Assembly: GCA_951406725.2 (NCBI GenBank)
Contig: OX597816.1
Location: 35,836,001 to 35,900,000, forward strand
Direction of reading: 5' to 3'
DNA: 64,000 nucleotides
DNA from: Octopus vulgaris
Lineage: Eukaryota
Position numbers and translations under genes: made by a program. Position 1 is the first letter of the stretch. Each line of letters starts with the position of its first letter. Below the pieces are notes generated by a model, which made no database searches, was not told the origin of the DNA, and worked only from the letters and a program-made list of their open reading frames with translations. Shown piece by piece: positions 26,541 through 40,689 of the stretch.

Positions 26541-27520
26541 GGCGTATTTTATAAAAAAGCCTAGTTAAAGAATCGCAAGGCATAAAATTACTAGTAGCTC
26601 TTTTGGTTGTGTATCAAATAGATATTTATAGCTTACTGGATGTTGTATATTTTTTGTACACTTCTATCTATACTGGGTACCTACACATATGTGTGCGTGT
26701 ATGTGCTTGTGTGTGTAAACATATATACACACATATATATATGTGTGTATGTGTGTGTATGTATGTATATACGTATGTATGTATATACATACAAACAAAC
26801 ACACACGCACGCACATATATATATATATTCACAATTTAAATGAGGAACAGAGAAATGGTAAAATGAAATTGAATTTACAATTGCTTCCGTAGAACGACAG
26901 GTATTATTATTATTCCATATTGCATGCAGTGCTAGGCAATTGATGCAACGTTATGTAATACAAAACGTAACATATGGAAATACGTAATAATGCTATCGTC
27001 TGTTCATTTCCTCAGATCTCAAGAATTGAAGGCACCATCGTCCAAATAAATCTCGGCTGAGATTTACTAGTTCAGTTGTAACTTCAAATCATGACATTTG
27101 AGGAAATTAATAGACTATAGACTTATTACATATTTACATATATTACGTCTTGTATTACAAAACGTTGTATGAATTGATTTATACTTTATGAGACATGGAA
27201 TAAAACATTGCAATTTACGGAGTAGATTGCAATATCAATATGATTTATCCTCCCGTCAATTAAAATATTACTTTTACTATACAATTCGCGGATCCTATTT
27301 TAATCCTACACTCTCTTACCATGGAGTTGTGTAAATACTCACAATTATTTCAATCGAAGTCTTACGGATTTCCATTTGAGTTTGGTATACTACTCTCGCG
27401 CGGATTCGAAAGGATGTCCTAGTAAGGTAAGTGCTAAGATTTTACTCATCCCTCAACGTATATAAGTATGTATGTATGTGTGTGTGTATGTATGTATGTA
27501 TGAATATATGTATGTACGTA

Positions 27521-28715
27521 TACATGTGCGGTAGCTTAATTGTCGTGCATTGTTTCTTTTGATTTTTCGACTACAGTATAGTAGGATCAGTTGGGCCCCA
27601 TCCGTGCGAACAACAACACCATGATTCTGCCAGGAATTTGGAAAGAGCATGATGTACTACTTGGCCATCGCGCTGTAATGTCCAATACGAACATTTCAGA
27701 GTGTTTGTGTGTCAACCTGAGGAGAGTGCAGAGGATTCTGAAAGAGTTGGATGAGTCTAATGGTGATTACGAAGGCACGGCAGCTCGGTAAACTCACTGT
27801 GGTCGTTCTGATGAGAAAAGAATTCCAGAATTTGTTGTTGAGATCCAGGCCATGGTTCACAACGATACCTCCGAGTCAATCAGGTTCATCACCAGGGACA
27901 TGGGAGCTTCTGAGTTTCTTATCAGACAGGCACTTCATCAAGAAATTCGGTATTTCTCATACAAAATGACAGAGGGCCAATTTTTATCGCAAGCCATCAA
28001 GGGCAAGAGGAAAGTTTTCGCTATGAAGCTTTTCAACAAACTCAAGCATCCCCTCCAACCGAACATGCTTTCGTTTTACTCAGACGAAAAAAATTCTACC
28101 AGCATCGGATGGTGAACACACATAAAATCATTGTTTGGAGTGATCACCAGTGATGGCGACGTTATGCCTCCCTTCATCTTCCCACACAGCCTCAGACTCA
28201 ACAAGAAGGCCTACATCAAGTACCTGGAAGAGGTAGTGCCGCCCTGATTCAAGAGGTTGTCTCCTGCAATACTCTATTTCTGGCAACAGGACTCTGCACC
28301 ATGCCACAGGAGCAGAAGAAAGCAGTCAAAGCTGTCAGTTAATTTCTGCGACTATACCGCCCCTAACATCTGGCCACCTAACTCTCCAGAACTTAACCCC
28401 CTTGAGTGTTATGTGTGGTGCACAACTGAACGAGCAACTACAAAAGTTCTTTGTAACACCAAAGATAAATTAAAGGCAAGTATTATGGCAGCATTCACCA
28501 ACTCAAGCAAGGCGACCTTCTAGAAGTGTTGCAGGAGATTCTGAAGTCGTCTGAAGACCGTGGTTAGAGCCAATGCCTATTTTACTGAATAAATTTACTG
28601 TCTAGTATTTCGGTATAGCTTTATGTAATTTTGGCAAATATATCCAATAAAATAAGATGCCAGTGTTATTTTCCTTTTTGCGCAGTTCATACGACATTTT
28701 ATTCACCCACCCTAT
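27521..28715 (+). mobile_element. Tc1/mariner superfamily, maT-like (DD37D) transposon, decayed
   Basis: FYSDEKN, FGVITSDGDVMPPFIFPH, WQQDSAPCH, IWPPNSPELNPLE; right TIR ...cacccaccctata. Confidence 0.85.
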
Positions 28716-29414
28716 ATCAGTTGACTGTATAGACTTCATGCATATCGGATAAGTTAGATAATAAAACATCTTAATATCGTCTATAGAGAGCAAATATTTA
28801 CTATGATCCCGCTGCTAAATTTGTGGGCAGAATTAAAAAAGCGGTATATCGACAGACAGGCCAGATATTAGCATAGAATAAAGTGATGGTGAGTGATGAA
28901 TGAGGGTAGTGACCTCGTTATCTACACATCGAAGACAATAGGAAGAACGTAGTTCGCGAAACTTCTAAATTTATTTGTTTGAGGAATTATAAATGAATTA
29001 GTATCATGACAGACCGTTCGACTATCTAAGAAAATGGAACTTTATATCCGGCTATATTAACACCAAGAAGTAGGTCATTGGGTGGTAAACGAGAATGTCT
29101 GATGGGTGAGTGGTGACAATAGAAAGAAAGGATATAAATTGAAGGAATAAATTTTAACCTTAATTTACTTATATCGTTAAAGAAAAATGTAAATATGTAG
29201 ACATATAAAGGCAATAATATATAATTTGATATATGATAATATATAGGTTGCAGTAAATAACAAATTTTATAATAAAGTTAAAATTATAAATTGCCACCAA
29301 AATATTTATGCTATGAAAATTTTTAAAAAATAAAGAAATAAAAATTATACATAAAAATGTAACAAAATATAAATACAAAATATTATAATACAAAAAATAT
29401 TTTTATAATATTCA

Positions 29415-29486
<72 letters not shown>

Positions 29487-29846
29487 CTGTGTGTGTGTAT
29501 AAAAAGTATAATGTACAAGAAATATAATTTTATTATATTTGGTTCACAGTACACAGTGAGATATATAAAAAAAATTTAGAACTGTCAAAGTATTATTAAA
29601 ACATACAAAAATTATGAAAGATATGTGAAAATATACATATAAAAAAACATTAAGATAAGATATAAGGATATAAGATGTATAAAATATACGAGAAAATAGG
29701 AGAAAAAGATCTGAGAGAAGAATTATATATAATAAAAGCTATAATAAAACATTTTAAAAAAGATATACGAAAAAAGTTCTGTTTTTAAAAACAATTACAA
29801 AAGTAAGGTTATAAAAGATGTTATACTAAGATATATAAAAAGTCGG

Positions 29847-29930
29847 TCATCTGATGTGAGCAGTTTTCTCTGTTTTGATGAGACAATTTCATTCATCATT
29901 TAAAGGAGTCGCTCGGAACAGCCGTAATGA
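29847..29930 (+). ncRNA. hammerhead motif with two core changes
   Basis: tcat CTGATGt gagc...gctc GgAAC agcc GTA atga; stems I, II and III all pair. Confidence 0.55.
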
Positions 29931-30500
29931 ATTGACAGTTATACATCTTTGCTACTCATTGATATTTTACTCACCTACCTTGGAATTTGCACTTCGGAAG
30001 CATTAGGAAACTGTCCTTGAATAATGTATATATATAAACAAACAAGAGCGGATTTATTCACTAAGTTGGATCGTGTCATCTACATGCACTGCATGAATAT
30101 CGGGTGGAAAGAAATATTATGTAGAGTTTGATACTCAATATTATTTGTGAGCGCAAATGCGTTCGTCCTAACGAGGTGCCTCAATTAAGTACGTAATTCA
30201 ACTGAATCTTATAACTAGAAATGTCACTGATGAAAGTAGCCATAACTTTCTTAGGCCGTTCAATTTTCCTTAGATGATCAATAGACGAATTCATTAAACT
30301 TATTATTAATGTACCTATAATGAATATTGAAGGCAAGTCATAGATAAAACATAGGGGTGGTTCCCGGTTCCCTAAAAAAAACAGAAGTACAGTTTAAAGA
30401 TTCAGAACAGCTATCTAGGCCGCAATATTTACTCATGAACTGTGTTTAATAGCTTAGCAAATCGAGATGATTTTACTTTTCCCTTCTTATCGTTATTTAA

Positions 30501-30548
30501 TGACACCTGACGATAGAGGATTGATTACATGAAATAATTGTAGTAATC
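30501..30548 (+). ncRNA. hammerhead motif, degenerate stems
   Basis: ac CTGACGA tagaggattgattacat GAAA taattg TA gt, followed by AATAAA and (TA)n. Confidence 0.42.
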
Positions 30549-30622
30549 GAACTATTTATCAATAAATAATTCTGCTGAAACAGCTAATGTGAATCAAAAA
30601 ATTCTAAGTGAATTCTTATTTC

Positions 30623-30682
<60 letters not shown>

Positions 30683-30784
30683 GAGAGAGAGAGAGAGAGC
30701 GAGAGATTCAGTTGAATATGGTACTTAAATAAAAGGTACCAGAATTTGGTATAGTATTATCCATATAATTGAAAATGGGGTGAT

Positions 30785-30874
30785 TATAATCAAAATAAGC
30801 AACAAGGATATCCAACTGTAATGCATGAAACGATCGTTCTACATTACCTTTAGATATCCTTGTTACATATTTTG

Positions 30875-30880
<6 letters not shown>
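30785..30880. repeat. fold-back centred on a hammerhead 3' half
   Basis: tataatcaaaata..aacaaggatatc / gatatccttgtt..tattttgattata; the loop contains GAAAC GATC GTT. Confidence 0.72.
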
Positions 30881-30925
<45 letters not shown>

Positions 30926-31415
30926 TAATGTTTTGCCATATATATTTTATATATTCTGCCATATATATTTTGTATGTTCTTCATTTCAGATTTATTCTTG
31001 TTCTTATTTTATGCTCTTTGTCTGCAAATCTTTTGTCACACACTCAGTCACATTTTCAGCCATTCTCCCTCCAACATATCGACGCATGTAAGTATATCGG
31101 ACAGGCCAATGCAGCAGTTAAGCGTTGCTTCTGCAACGAACGATCATACTTCAGTCAAAGAAAGACGGTCGACCTCGTCTCTGGCCAGCCATGTGTGGCA
31201 CCTCAAATATCAAGCGCTACCTACTGGAAAATTACTGTTTCATTGAAAATGAGACCTGAGCGAAATAGACCATAGCTTCCGTTAATCCTCTGGTTCAGGG
31301 GCGTTAAGGCGTCCTTTAATTTTCTTTACTGCTAGCCGTTTGATCAATCTGTCCTAGAGTTTCCCCGCCTCCGCGAGGTGAAAAGATAAATTTATTGTAT
31401 AGAGTCTGATAAACT

Positions 31416-31804
31416 GTGGTGGAAGCACTCCGTCGGTTACGACAACGAGGGTTTCGGTTGATCCGATCAACGGAACAGCCTGCTCATGAAATTAACGTGT
31501 AAGTGGCTGAGCACTCCACAGACACGTGCACCCTTAACGTAGTTCTCGGGGATATTCAGCGTGACACAGAGAGTGACAAGGCCGGCCCTTTGAAATACAG
31601 GTACAACAGAAACAGGAAGTAAGAGTGAGAGAAAGTTGTGGTGAAAGAGTACAGCAGGGATCACCACCATCCCCTGCCGGAGCCTCGTGGAGCTTTAGGT
31701 GTTTTCGCTCAATAAACACTCACAACGCCCGGTCTTGGAATCGAAACCGCGATCCTACGACCGCGAGTCCGCTGCCCTAACCACTGGGCCATTGCGCCCC
31801 CACA
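31416..31804 (-). mobile_element. tRNA-derived SINE family C, full length, with 11-bp TSD
   Basis: A box tggcccagtgg, B box gtttcgattcc; TSD tctgataaact at 31405-31415 and 31805-31815. Confidence 0.93.
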
Positions 31805-32104
31805 TCTGATAAACTATCCACTGGTCTGTAGCTTTCGTGGATACAAAACCATTGGTCACTCTATGATCAGACTTTAACTATGTTTTAATACTTACTGCTC
31901 TCTCCTTTTGCGTGCTTCCCATTCTGATACACGTTGTTTTGAAAATAAATTGTGTGTGTCTCTGTGTATGCAGGAGTCTGTGCATGCATGCATGTGTGTG
32001 TGCGTGTGAGTATTGAGTTTGTTAATAATATATTTTCATAAGAATCAGATTCTGTATGATAGAAGCAGAGTTACACGGCGTCGCCCGAAATGAAAATGGC
32101 ATAG

Positions 32105-32390
32105 CTTTTATTGTTTTACTTGTTTCAGTCATGTGATTGCGGCCATGCTGGAGCACCACTTTTAGTCGAAGAATCGACCCCAGGACTTATTTATTGTAAA
32201 CCAAGTACTTATTCTATCGGTGTTTTTTTCCGAACCACTAAGTTACGAGGAAGTAAACATAGCAGCATCGGTCATCAAGAGATGGTGGGAGTACAAACAC
32301 AAACACACACAAATATACGCATATGAACGACAGTCTTCCTTCAGTTTCCGAGTAAGAGATCCATTCACAAGGCTTTGATCGGTCTGGGGA
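32105..32390 (-). mobile_element. SINE family A, head missing
   Basis: cttgtttcagtcatgtgattgcggccatgctggagcacc...cacaaggctttgatcgg. Confidence 0.85.
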
Positions 32391-32508
32391 TATATATATA
32401 TATATATATATATACATAAGCATACACACACATACACACACACACATATATATATATATATTTATATATATATATATACATACATGCATACATAGGCATA
32501 TATATATA

Positions 32509-32584
<76 letters not shown>

Positions 32585-32594
32585 TACATATATC

Positions 32595-33260
32595 TCCTCT
32601 GATGGTCGTGTCTTGCTTGTGCAAGAGCTGCTGTGCTCTAGTAATTTCGAGAGCGATGCCGTCTGGAGTCTAGTCTCCTGGCAGAGCCACTCATGGCGGC
32701 AATGTGGGGAATGAGATCCCAGACAAATCATGACCAAGACATACACCATGACCCCAACAGCGGAGAAAGTAGAGGAGAGCAATCAGGCCTCCATGGATTG
32801 ACCACAGTCGCAGTGAGTCGCAGTGCAGAAGTTCCTGGCCAAGTGCTTGCGCGTGGCCGTCAGGCAGTCACTATTACCTCATAAAATATACTGAGTGACG
32901 GGCTTCTTCGTTCTACACGTTGAATCTCAAAAAAAAAACCCAGTGCCGACGGTATCGCGGGCGCCTGAGAGAGGTCTGAAAAGCTTGAAGCCTCTATTTC
33001 ATGACCACACATTTGCGGCGAATTTTAGATGGTCGACCACCAGTAAATAACCCTGATATTGGAGTTCGGCAGCTAGACTCGTGAGTGGGCTGGCCTTTTT
33101 AGGATTAGCGCAGCCCAAACTTTGAGAAGGAGCCCCTAGAAAAGGTGGGATAAACATCGGACACGGCAACTCGATCTAGCCAGCATACTGCGGCTGGCGG
33201 ACCTCCCACTCAGCAGTCGGATCTCTACTTCTACTCATCCTTCATCGACAACAAAATCGT
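32595..33260 (+). mobile_element. RTE-clade LINE 5' UTR-like fragment
   Basis: GC-rich island; gagagcgatgccgtctggagtctagtctcctggcagagccactcatggcggc...cccagacaaa resembles RTE 5' UTRs as I recall them. Confidence 0.5.
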
Positions 33261-33894
33261 TTGATTCACATCCTCTCACTGGCTCAATATATAGAAATTG
33301 CAGTGTCATAGAGTACTAATTTTGTAACAAGGAAACTCTTATATTGAGAAATTGTATATATAAATCTCAATAAACATCTGAAAAAATGGAAATTACATAC
33401 ATTCGATTTCATATTAATGTAAATATAGATACACATTTATCGTTATTGAAATTAATGATAAAATTATTAAATAGTTTATCAAATTTTAAATAAAGTTTTA
33501 TAAGATAATCACATTTGCACGTAGCAGCGATTAATGGGAATATTACTGTGTTATCATTATCATCGAGTTTTCCATTTACGAGATAAAATATGTATGGCGT
33601 TGAGAAACTTCTGTATATCAAAAAAGGTCAACATTGAATTTTGAAGAATGTATCGAGCGATTAATTGATGTGCGTGATTAAGTGTAATTAAAATGTTAAT
33701 TTTGTAATTCCGTGTAATAATGAACGTAATTATTTAATTATAATTTCATCAAATATCTTAGACCCTGAATTTTGACATAGTAATGAAATATTTCATAAAG
33801 GGCGCTTCATAATGATTTAATATTGCCGAGATTATTTTGCTGTTGACTAAGCCTTTCGGCGCATAACTCCCTTTATGCTACGGTAGCAGTGGTT

Positions 33895-34425
33895 ATTTCT
33901 TTTATATTTTACCTGCTTCAATTATTTGACCGATTCGTGCTGAAACACCACCTTTAATTATTAGTCGATGAATTGATCCCAGTACTTCTATTAGACACCT
34001 GGTATTTGTTCCATCGATATTTTTATGAGGATGTAAATACTCCAACGCCGATTATCAAACTGTGGTGAGGGGACAAAACACATACACAAAGAAACACACA
34101 CACGCACACACACACATATATATATATGTATATAAAGTTAATCCAAACATGAAAACACAAAGAGAAAACACAACAACGCGAGGACATGGAACAAGTATAG
34201 TGTTATTGGACGCTCAGGAAAGGAAAGAATAAAGGAGGATTCATATATACACATATATGTATGTATGTGTGTGTGTGTTTGTGACGGGCTTCTTTCAGTT
34301 TCCGTCCTCCAAATATGCTCACAAGACTTTAGTCTGCCCGTCGCTAAAGCAGAATTCACATGTGCAAGGTGTCACGCAGTGGAACAGAACTCGGAGCTAT
34401 GTGATTGAAAAGAAAGCTTCTTAAT
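33895..34425 (-). mobile_element. SINE family A with a foreign about 105-bp insert (34137-34241) in its internal microsatellite
   Basis: Tail-side and head-side halves flank an unrelated purine-rich segment bounded by (TA) tracts. Confidence 0.75.
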
Positions 34426-35045
34426 AATTTTACCAACTATTTTCGATCCTGGATTGTGATATAGCAATACAATTTTCTAAAAAAGCTGCTTCATTACGTT
34501 TTAATACAGCGAGATTTATAATGTTGATCTTTCATTCTCATGGCACATAACTTCTTTTGTTACGATATCAGTAGTTGTGTAAAATAGCTTTTTCACCTTC
34601 TATTCCAGATTTATCTTGTGCATTTGATTTCATTCTTGTTCACTACAATATACTGAAATGGCATTAAATTTTAATGGAAATAAATATTCTATAATACAGA
34701 TAGGTAAAAGTTATTTCTAGATTTTCATTTGTGTTTGATGTGTGTATATCCACTCAACAGATTTAAATACAATTATATCAATGTATGTTTACACACTAGT
34801 GTGTCTTTATAATGAAGTATTTTCATTTCTGTTTCACATCCGTTTCTTTTTTATTTATCGCAACATATTGCCATTATCATTAATCGATGCTGTATTTTTT
34901 TCATTTTCAAATATATACAAACCTTTCTTTATAATTTCGTATTATTACTAACATATGTAAATGGCACTCTCTATATTTATATATACATATACACACATCG
35001 AAAAGACAGAGACGTACAGAAGTACGTGTGTGTCTGTGAGTTTGT

Positions 35046-35080
<35 letters not shown>

Positions 35081-35090
35081 ATACATGTAC

Positions 35091-35169
<79 letters not shown>

Positions 35170-38100
35170 TATACAGATATATATATATAGAGATTTATAC
35201 ATATATATGTAAATATATATATATGTACATATATGCATATACATACGCATACACACACGCACATATATACACACGCACATGTATCACATTTTTTAGTTCA
35301 AATATTGTCAATTATGCAAGAAGGCCTGTAAGATATACATCATTATTTATTGTTTTTAATTCATTTTATTCTTAGCATTTATAATGTTGCGTTACTGCTT
35401 CATACCATTTCATTTTGAGTGTGTTGTTTTGTTTTGGTTTTCTTATCTCTCTCTCAAACGTGTTTTGGTATGTAATTCATTTTTGCTTCCTGCTTTTAAA
35501 TTATTTGATGTATTAACTTTGTATATGTTTCAAAATATTTTATACTTATGAATTTTAATTTATTTCCTCATCTAATTACTCTATGTGTATACACTTCGAT
35601 ATAAAGAAATATATACTTCAGTAATTTGGTGCATTAGTGATCAAACTGTATTTGTGTACACGAGTGTTTCTGTCTCGCTGTGTGCAAATGTTTCGTTAAT
35701 TTATTTGCATTTCTTACTTAGTTGATAATTATCTTTGTTTTTAATATCTTGTTAGTAATAATAATAATTTCTTTTTCAAATTATAGTCAAATTATGTCTG
35801 CTTTAATTCTTTATGGTTTAATTTTCCTACTTTCAGCAATTTATCAAATTCTACATAATTGCAATATTTTTGCCAATCTAGATAATGTGCCGAAATTGCA
35901 GCATCTATTAACAAATGATCGAACAATACGATGTTACATCACTTAATGTATGGTATTCGCTATATTGGGAGCAGTGAAATATTTATCTTATTTGCATTTT
36001 CGCCTCTTCTGTACTAAATATAATCTATTGTGCATTTGATTTTAAATTTATACTATATATGTTTTTTTCAACAATTAAATATTTATTGTGATTAGATCTA
36101 TGAAAGATACTTTTAACAGCATATGAAATAATGAAATGTTATTTTTATATCTTATACATTTATGCTCAACGTATTATGATAAACTATACAAATTATATTT
36201 CACTGATTAATACCATTTAGAATATTTTTGTTGGAAATGGATTTGCTTCATTTAAATTATGTTTCACACAAGTGTAAAAATACGCAATCTTTGTAACGAA
36301 AATTTTATTTGGAGGTATTTTGAGCATACATGCTACATTAATACATTAAAGTTAAAGTTTGCTTTATATGTATTTCTGCATTACTATTTCTACAACATGA
36401 ATGTAAACCCCAAACTTTCAATCTCATATTCAAAATAATTCAAAATATATACTTGAGATTATCTATATTTGTCATTGACCGTATCATGCAATTTTAATTA
36501 CTAACTTACATTTTGAAATTTGTTTGAAACATCTCAAATTTAACAAAGTTACTAATGCACGGCAAGTTTAAGAGAGAGAACTATTTACATTTGCTCTTGC
36601 TGAAATGTCTTAATGTGAGAAATATTCATTTCAACATTGACCAATGAATTTCAACCAATGCCTCATATCAACAATTCGCGTAATGTAAAGGCATGTGTCA
36701 AAACAAAAGAGGTAGGAAAAAATCTTTAAATATTTCAAAACGATCCCGAACACTTTTCTGGGATTACAGACAAATATTAATCTGTATAGTCATATTCATA
36801 AATAATTACAAGTGAGGCTGGTTGTAAACTCAAGAAAACTACAAACATCATGAATGACAATCGTCAAGAAGGAGCTCAAAAATAGTTCATAAAGATAAAT
36901 GAGATGACACAGGAAGCTAACGGTTATAGAGGTATATTATTCTCTAGGGACGTTTAACCTGCGGTGGGGAAAACATGTCGGTTTTAGTTGTCATGTTCTT
37001 CCAATTAGAAATTACTAACAGTAAAACAAATAGATTTCTATGGTAAAATAACGTAAGTGTTTTCTCTTCAAATTAAACACTTCATCATGCAAATAATTTA
37101 TGTGAGAAAATATAGATATGTCGTGCAAAGAGTGAAGCATATTTGAAAATACGGAAACAACATTTACACACATACCATAGAAAATATTTTATTTTTATAT
37201 AAAATGTATTATTTATTCCAGCAACGTTTTGACTGCACGTGGATTAATATTAAGGGCCAAGTAAACATGCTGACAAAGAAAAAGGAAAATTGCTACCAAC
37301 TATCGTTAAGTAAAGTTAAGTAATAAGGCGAGTAACCGATAACGTTAAAAATATTCAAATAGATGATGTATTTCAGTATAAAGCCTCTTTGCACATATTG
37401 CGAAAATAGTGTGCAAAACCATCCAGTGTGATATATTTGTATGCAATGTTATGATATAGTTTGCAATGTATTAATGAGGACATTTATCTATGCTGTGTAC
37501 AAAATGTGTCTACCTTTTAAAATGCGTATTTATTTCTTTATATAATCTGAACTCTTTGCAATTATATATCCATTAATAGCATTTTTTCCAATATCATATC
37601 GTGATTCATAGGGAAATATACGTCTGCATGTATTACGTATATTTTTGAATTTTTTTTTTAAATAATTTTCTCTAGACATCATTTTCGTTGTAGAGTTTCC
37701 TTCCTATTATTCTTAATCCGTGTTTTCTTTGAAATATAATTCATTTATTATTTCCTACAATTAAATTAATCTATTTTATTAGCTTATTTCTTTTCAACTA
37801 TACAAAATGTTTGATATTATAAATTGTAATTTGTTTCAGCGTCTAATCATATAATTGAATATAACTCGCTTTGATTTCGCTACGTAAGTATAATGGTTTC
37901 ATTTGGATACAGAAATACACATGTATTAATGTTATCATATATATGAGCACATGTGCTTAGTTTCTTTATTTGTATTAATTACAGATACAAATTTAATTAT
38001 TTATATCATTATTACAAATGTCTAATATGAATACAAAATTTAATGTTGTACTTATCACGTTAGTATTTTTAAAATTATATGATTTCATACAATTAATATT

Positions 38101-39074
38101 TCATACAATCCGTTATCTATCCGTTCTGTCAAAATGAATGGCGTCTCAACATTTTCTCCTGGAATATTTACTCATTCCCACATAATAAAATATGGCAGCT
38201 GCTTAATTATTAAAATAAACTATTGTCTTATACTAATTAGTTGTTAGCGATTTGACTTGATTCGTACGAATTATACATTCGAATACGTAGTTTTTTTTTC
38301 TAAAATGTATTTAGGTAATTAATTTGAAAATAATCAGGTATCAAAATACCTTCCCTTTTGAAATACTAATTGTTACATCTGTTTAATCCTTTAAGTGTCA
38401 ACATAAATGATGTTTACATTTTATTCACATTAAGAATAATTTTTATTTAAAAACGAATTTGTGTAATTGGGTATATTACAAATTAAAATGTATATAGCCA
38501 TTATAGTGGCAATTTTGCAGAAAGGTGAATTGAGGTTAAATATTCTGTTAATCCAAGTAAGTAAATGCTAAATGTAAATATATAAAACCCGAAAACATAA
38601 TTCAATCTATTTTCACAATTATTGACTTGTGATATTTTTTCAATATATCTATCTTATAATCTTAATTATCAGCTCTATAAAAATTTGTTCTCAAAATTAT
38701 CTCATTATATTTATGATAGCGTAAAAAAAAGCTAATTTTTATGAGAAGTATTTACACTTAGTAAAATACGTTATTATATTTGATATTACTATTTTAGTCT
38801 CTTGAATAGATGTTTTCATTGAGAAGTAACTTATAACTAGGTTATTAAACTAACATACCGTGATGATTTTGTTAAAATTACTTTCTTCAAAGACATTATT
38901 TTTTTTAGTATACCGGAGTTTCTATATTTATATCATTTAACATTTAATGGTTTTTAAGCATTAATGAAATATTTTTACATATATTTTTCTTATTTCTGTT
39001 AACTATATTTTTAGTAGGAATCCAGTAACATTTTTGTATCCAATAGAATAAATCTGTCAAGCATTTGAGATGAA

Positions 39075-39645
39075 TATTCTTTTCTACTCTAGGCACAAGG
39101 CCCTAAATTTTGTGGGAGGGGTCCAGCCGATGAGATCGACACCAGTACACAACTAGAACATACTTTATCGACCCCGAAAGGAAAAAAGGAAAAATCGACC
39201 TCGCCGGAATTTGAATCCACAAGGTAAGGGCAGACGAAATAACTTTTGAACTCAGAATGTAAAGAGGGACAAAATACCTATTTCTTTACTGCCCGCAAGG
39301 GGCTATACACAGCAGGTACAAACAAGGACAAACAAACGGACTAAGTCGATTATATCTACCCCAGTGCGTAACTGGTACTTATTTAATCGACCCCGAAAGG
39401 ATGAAAGGCAAAGTCGAATTTGGCGGAATTTGAACTCAGAACGTAACGGTAGACGAAATACCTATTTCTTTACTACCCACAAGGGGCTAAACACAGAAGG
39501 GACAAACAAGGACAGACAAACGGATTACGTCGATTACATCGACCCCAGTGTGGAACTGGCACTTAATTTATCGACCCCGAAAGGATGAAAGGCAAAGTCG
39601 ACCTCGACGGAATTTGAACTCACAACGTAACGGCAGACAAAACAC
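39075..39645 (-). mobile_element. SINE family B, tandem multimer (about 184-bp unit)
   Basis: tcgaccccgaaagga..aaagg..aa.tcga...cggaatttgaa occurs three times; tatttctttact at about 39280 and 39463. Confidence 0.87.
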
Positions 39646-40149
39646 AAGACATTATCATGTTGATGTATAATTGATTTTTTTTTTTCTCTTTTTTTTTACA
39701 TATTTCGTCTCTACTGGGAAAACGGCTTGATATACATTTTCCCAGTTGAAATGTATATTTTTCATAAACATATCCTTTTATACTTATAATGGAAATATAT
39801 TTCTGCCATGCTATTTCAAAGGTTTCTTTATAAGTCACAGTGTATTTCTAGAGTCACTATTTTAAAATGTTCAAACATTTAATATATTTAAAAAAATTTT
39901 AATATTGATGCCATATATTTGAATACACACAATACGCACATACGCGTACACACACAAACACGCACACGCTCGAGCACAGACAAACACACACACATGCAAA
40001 TAGAAATATGCATATATACACAGATATCTATCTATCTACCTTTCTCTCTCTCTCCCTCTTTGTATGTATGTGCGTGTGTGTGTCTGTAGTAAAATATAGA
40101 TCGATAGATATACAGACATACATACATACAGACAGAGACAGACAGACAT

Positions 40150-40621
<472 letters not shown>

Positions 40622-40689
40622 ACAGCCAGACACACAAATACACATTCCAAACAAGATTTTATAAACATTTTATCCTTTTCTTCGAATCT

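Noticed and set aside
31730-31804. tRNA-like sequences (also 1451, 4791, 52958)
   Set aside because: They have A and B boxes but continue into SINE bodies and have no complete acceptor stem.
39130-39645. Regularly spaced repeats suggesting CRISPR
   Set aside because: The spacers are repeated as well; this is a SINE multimer in eukaryotic DNA with no cas genes.
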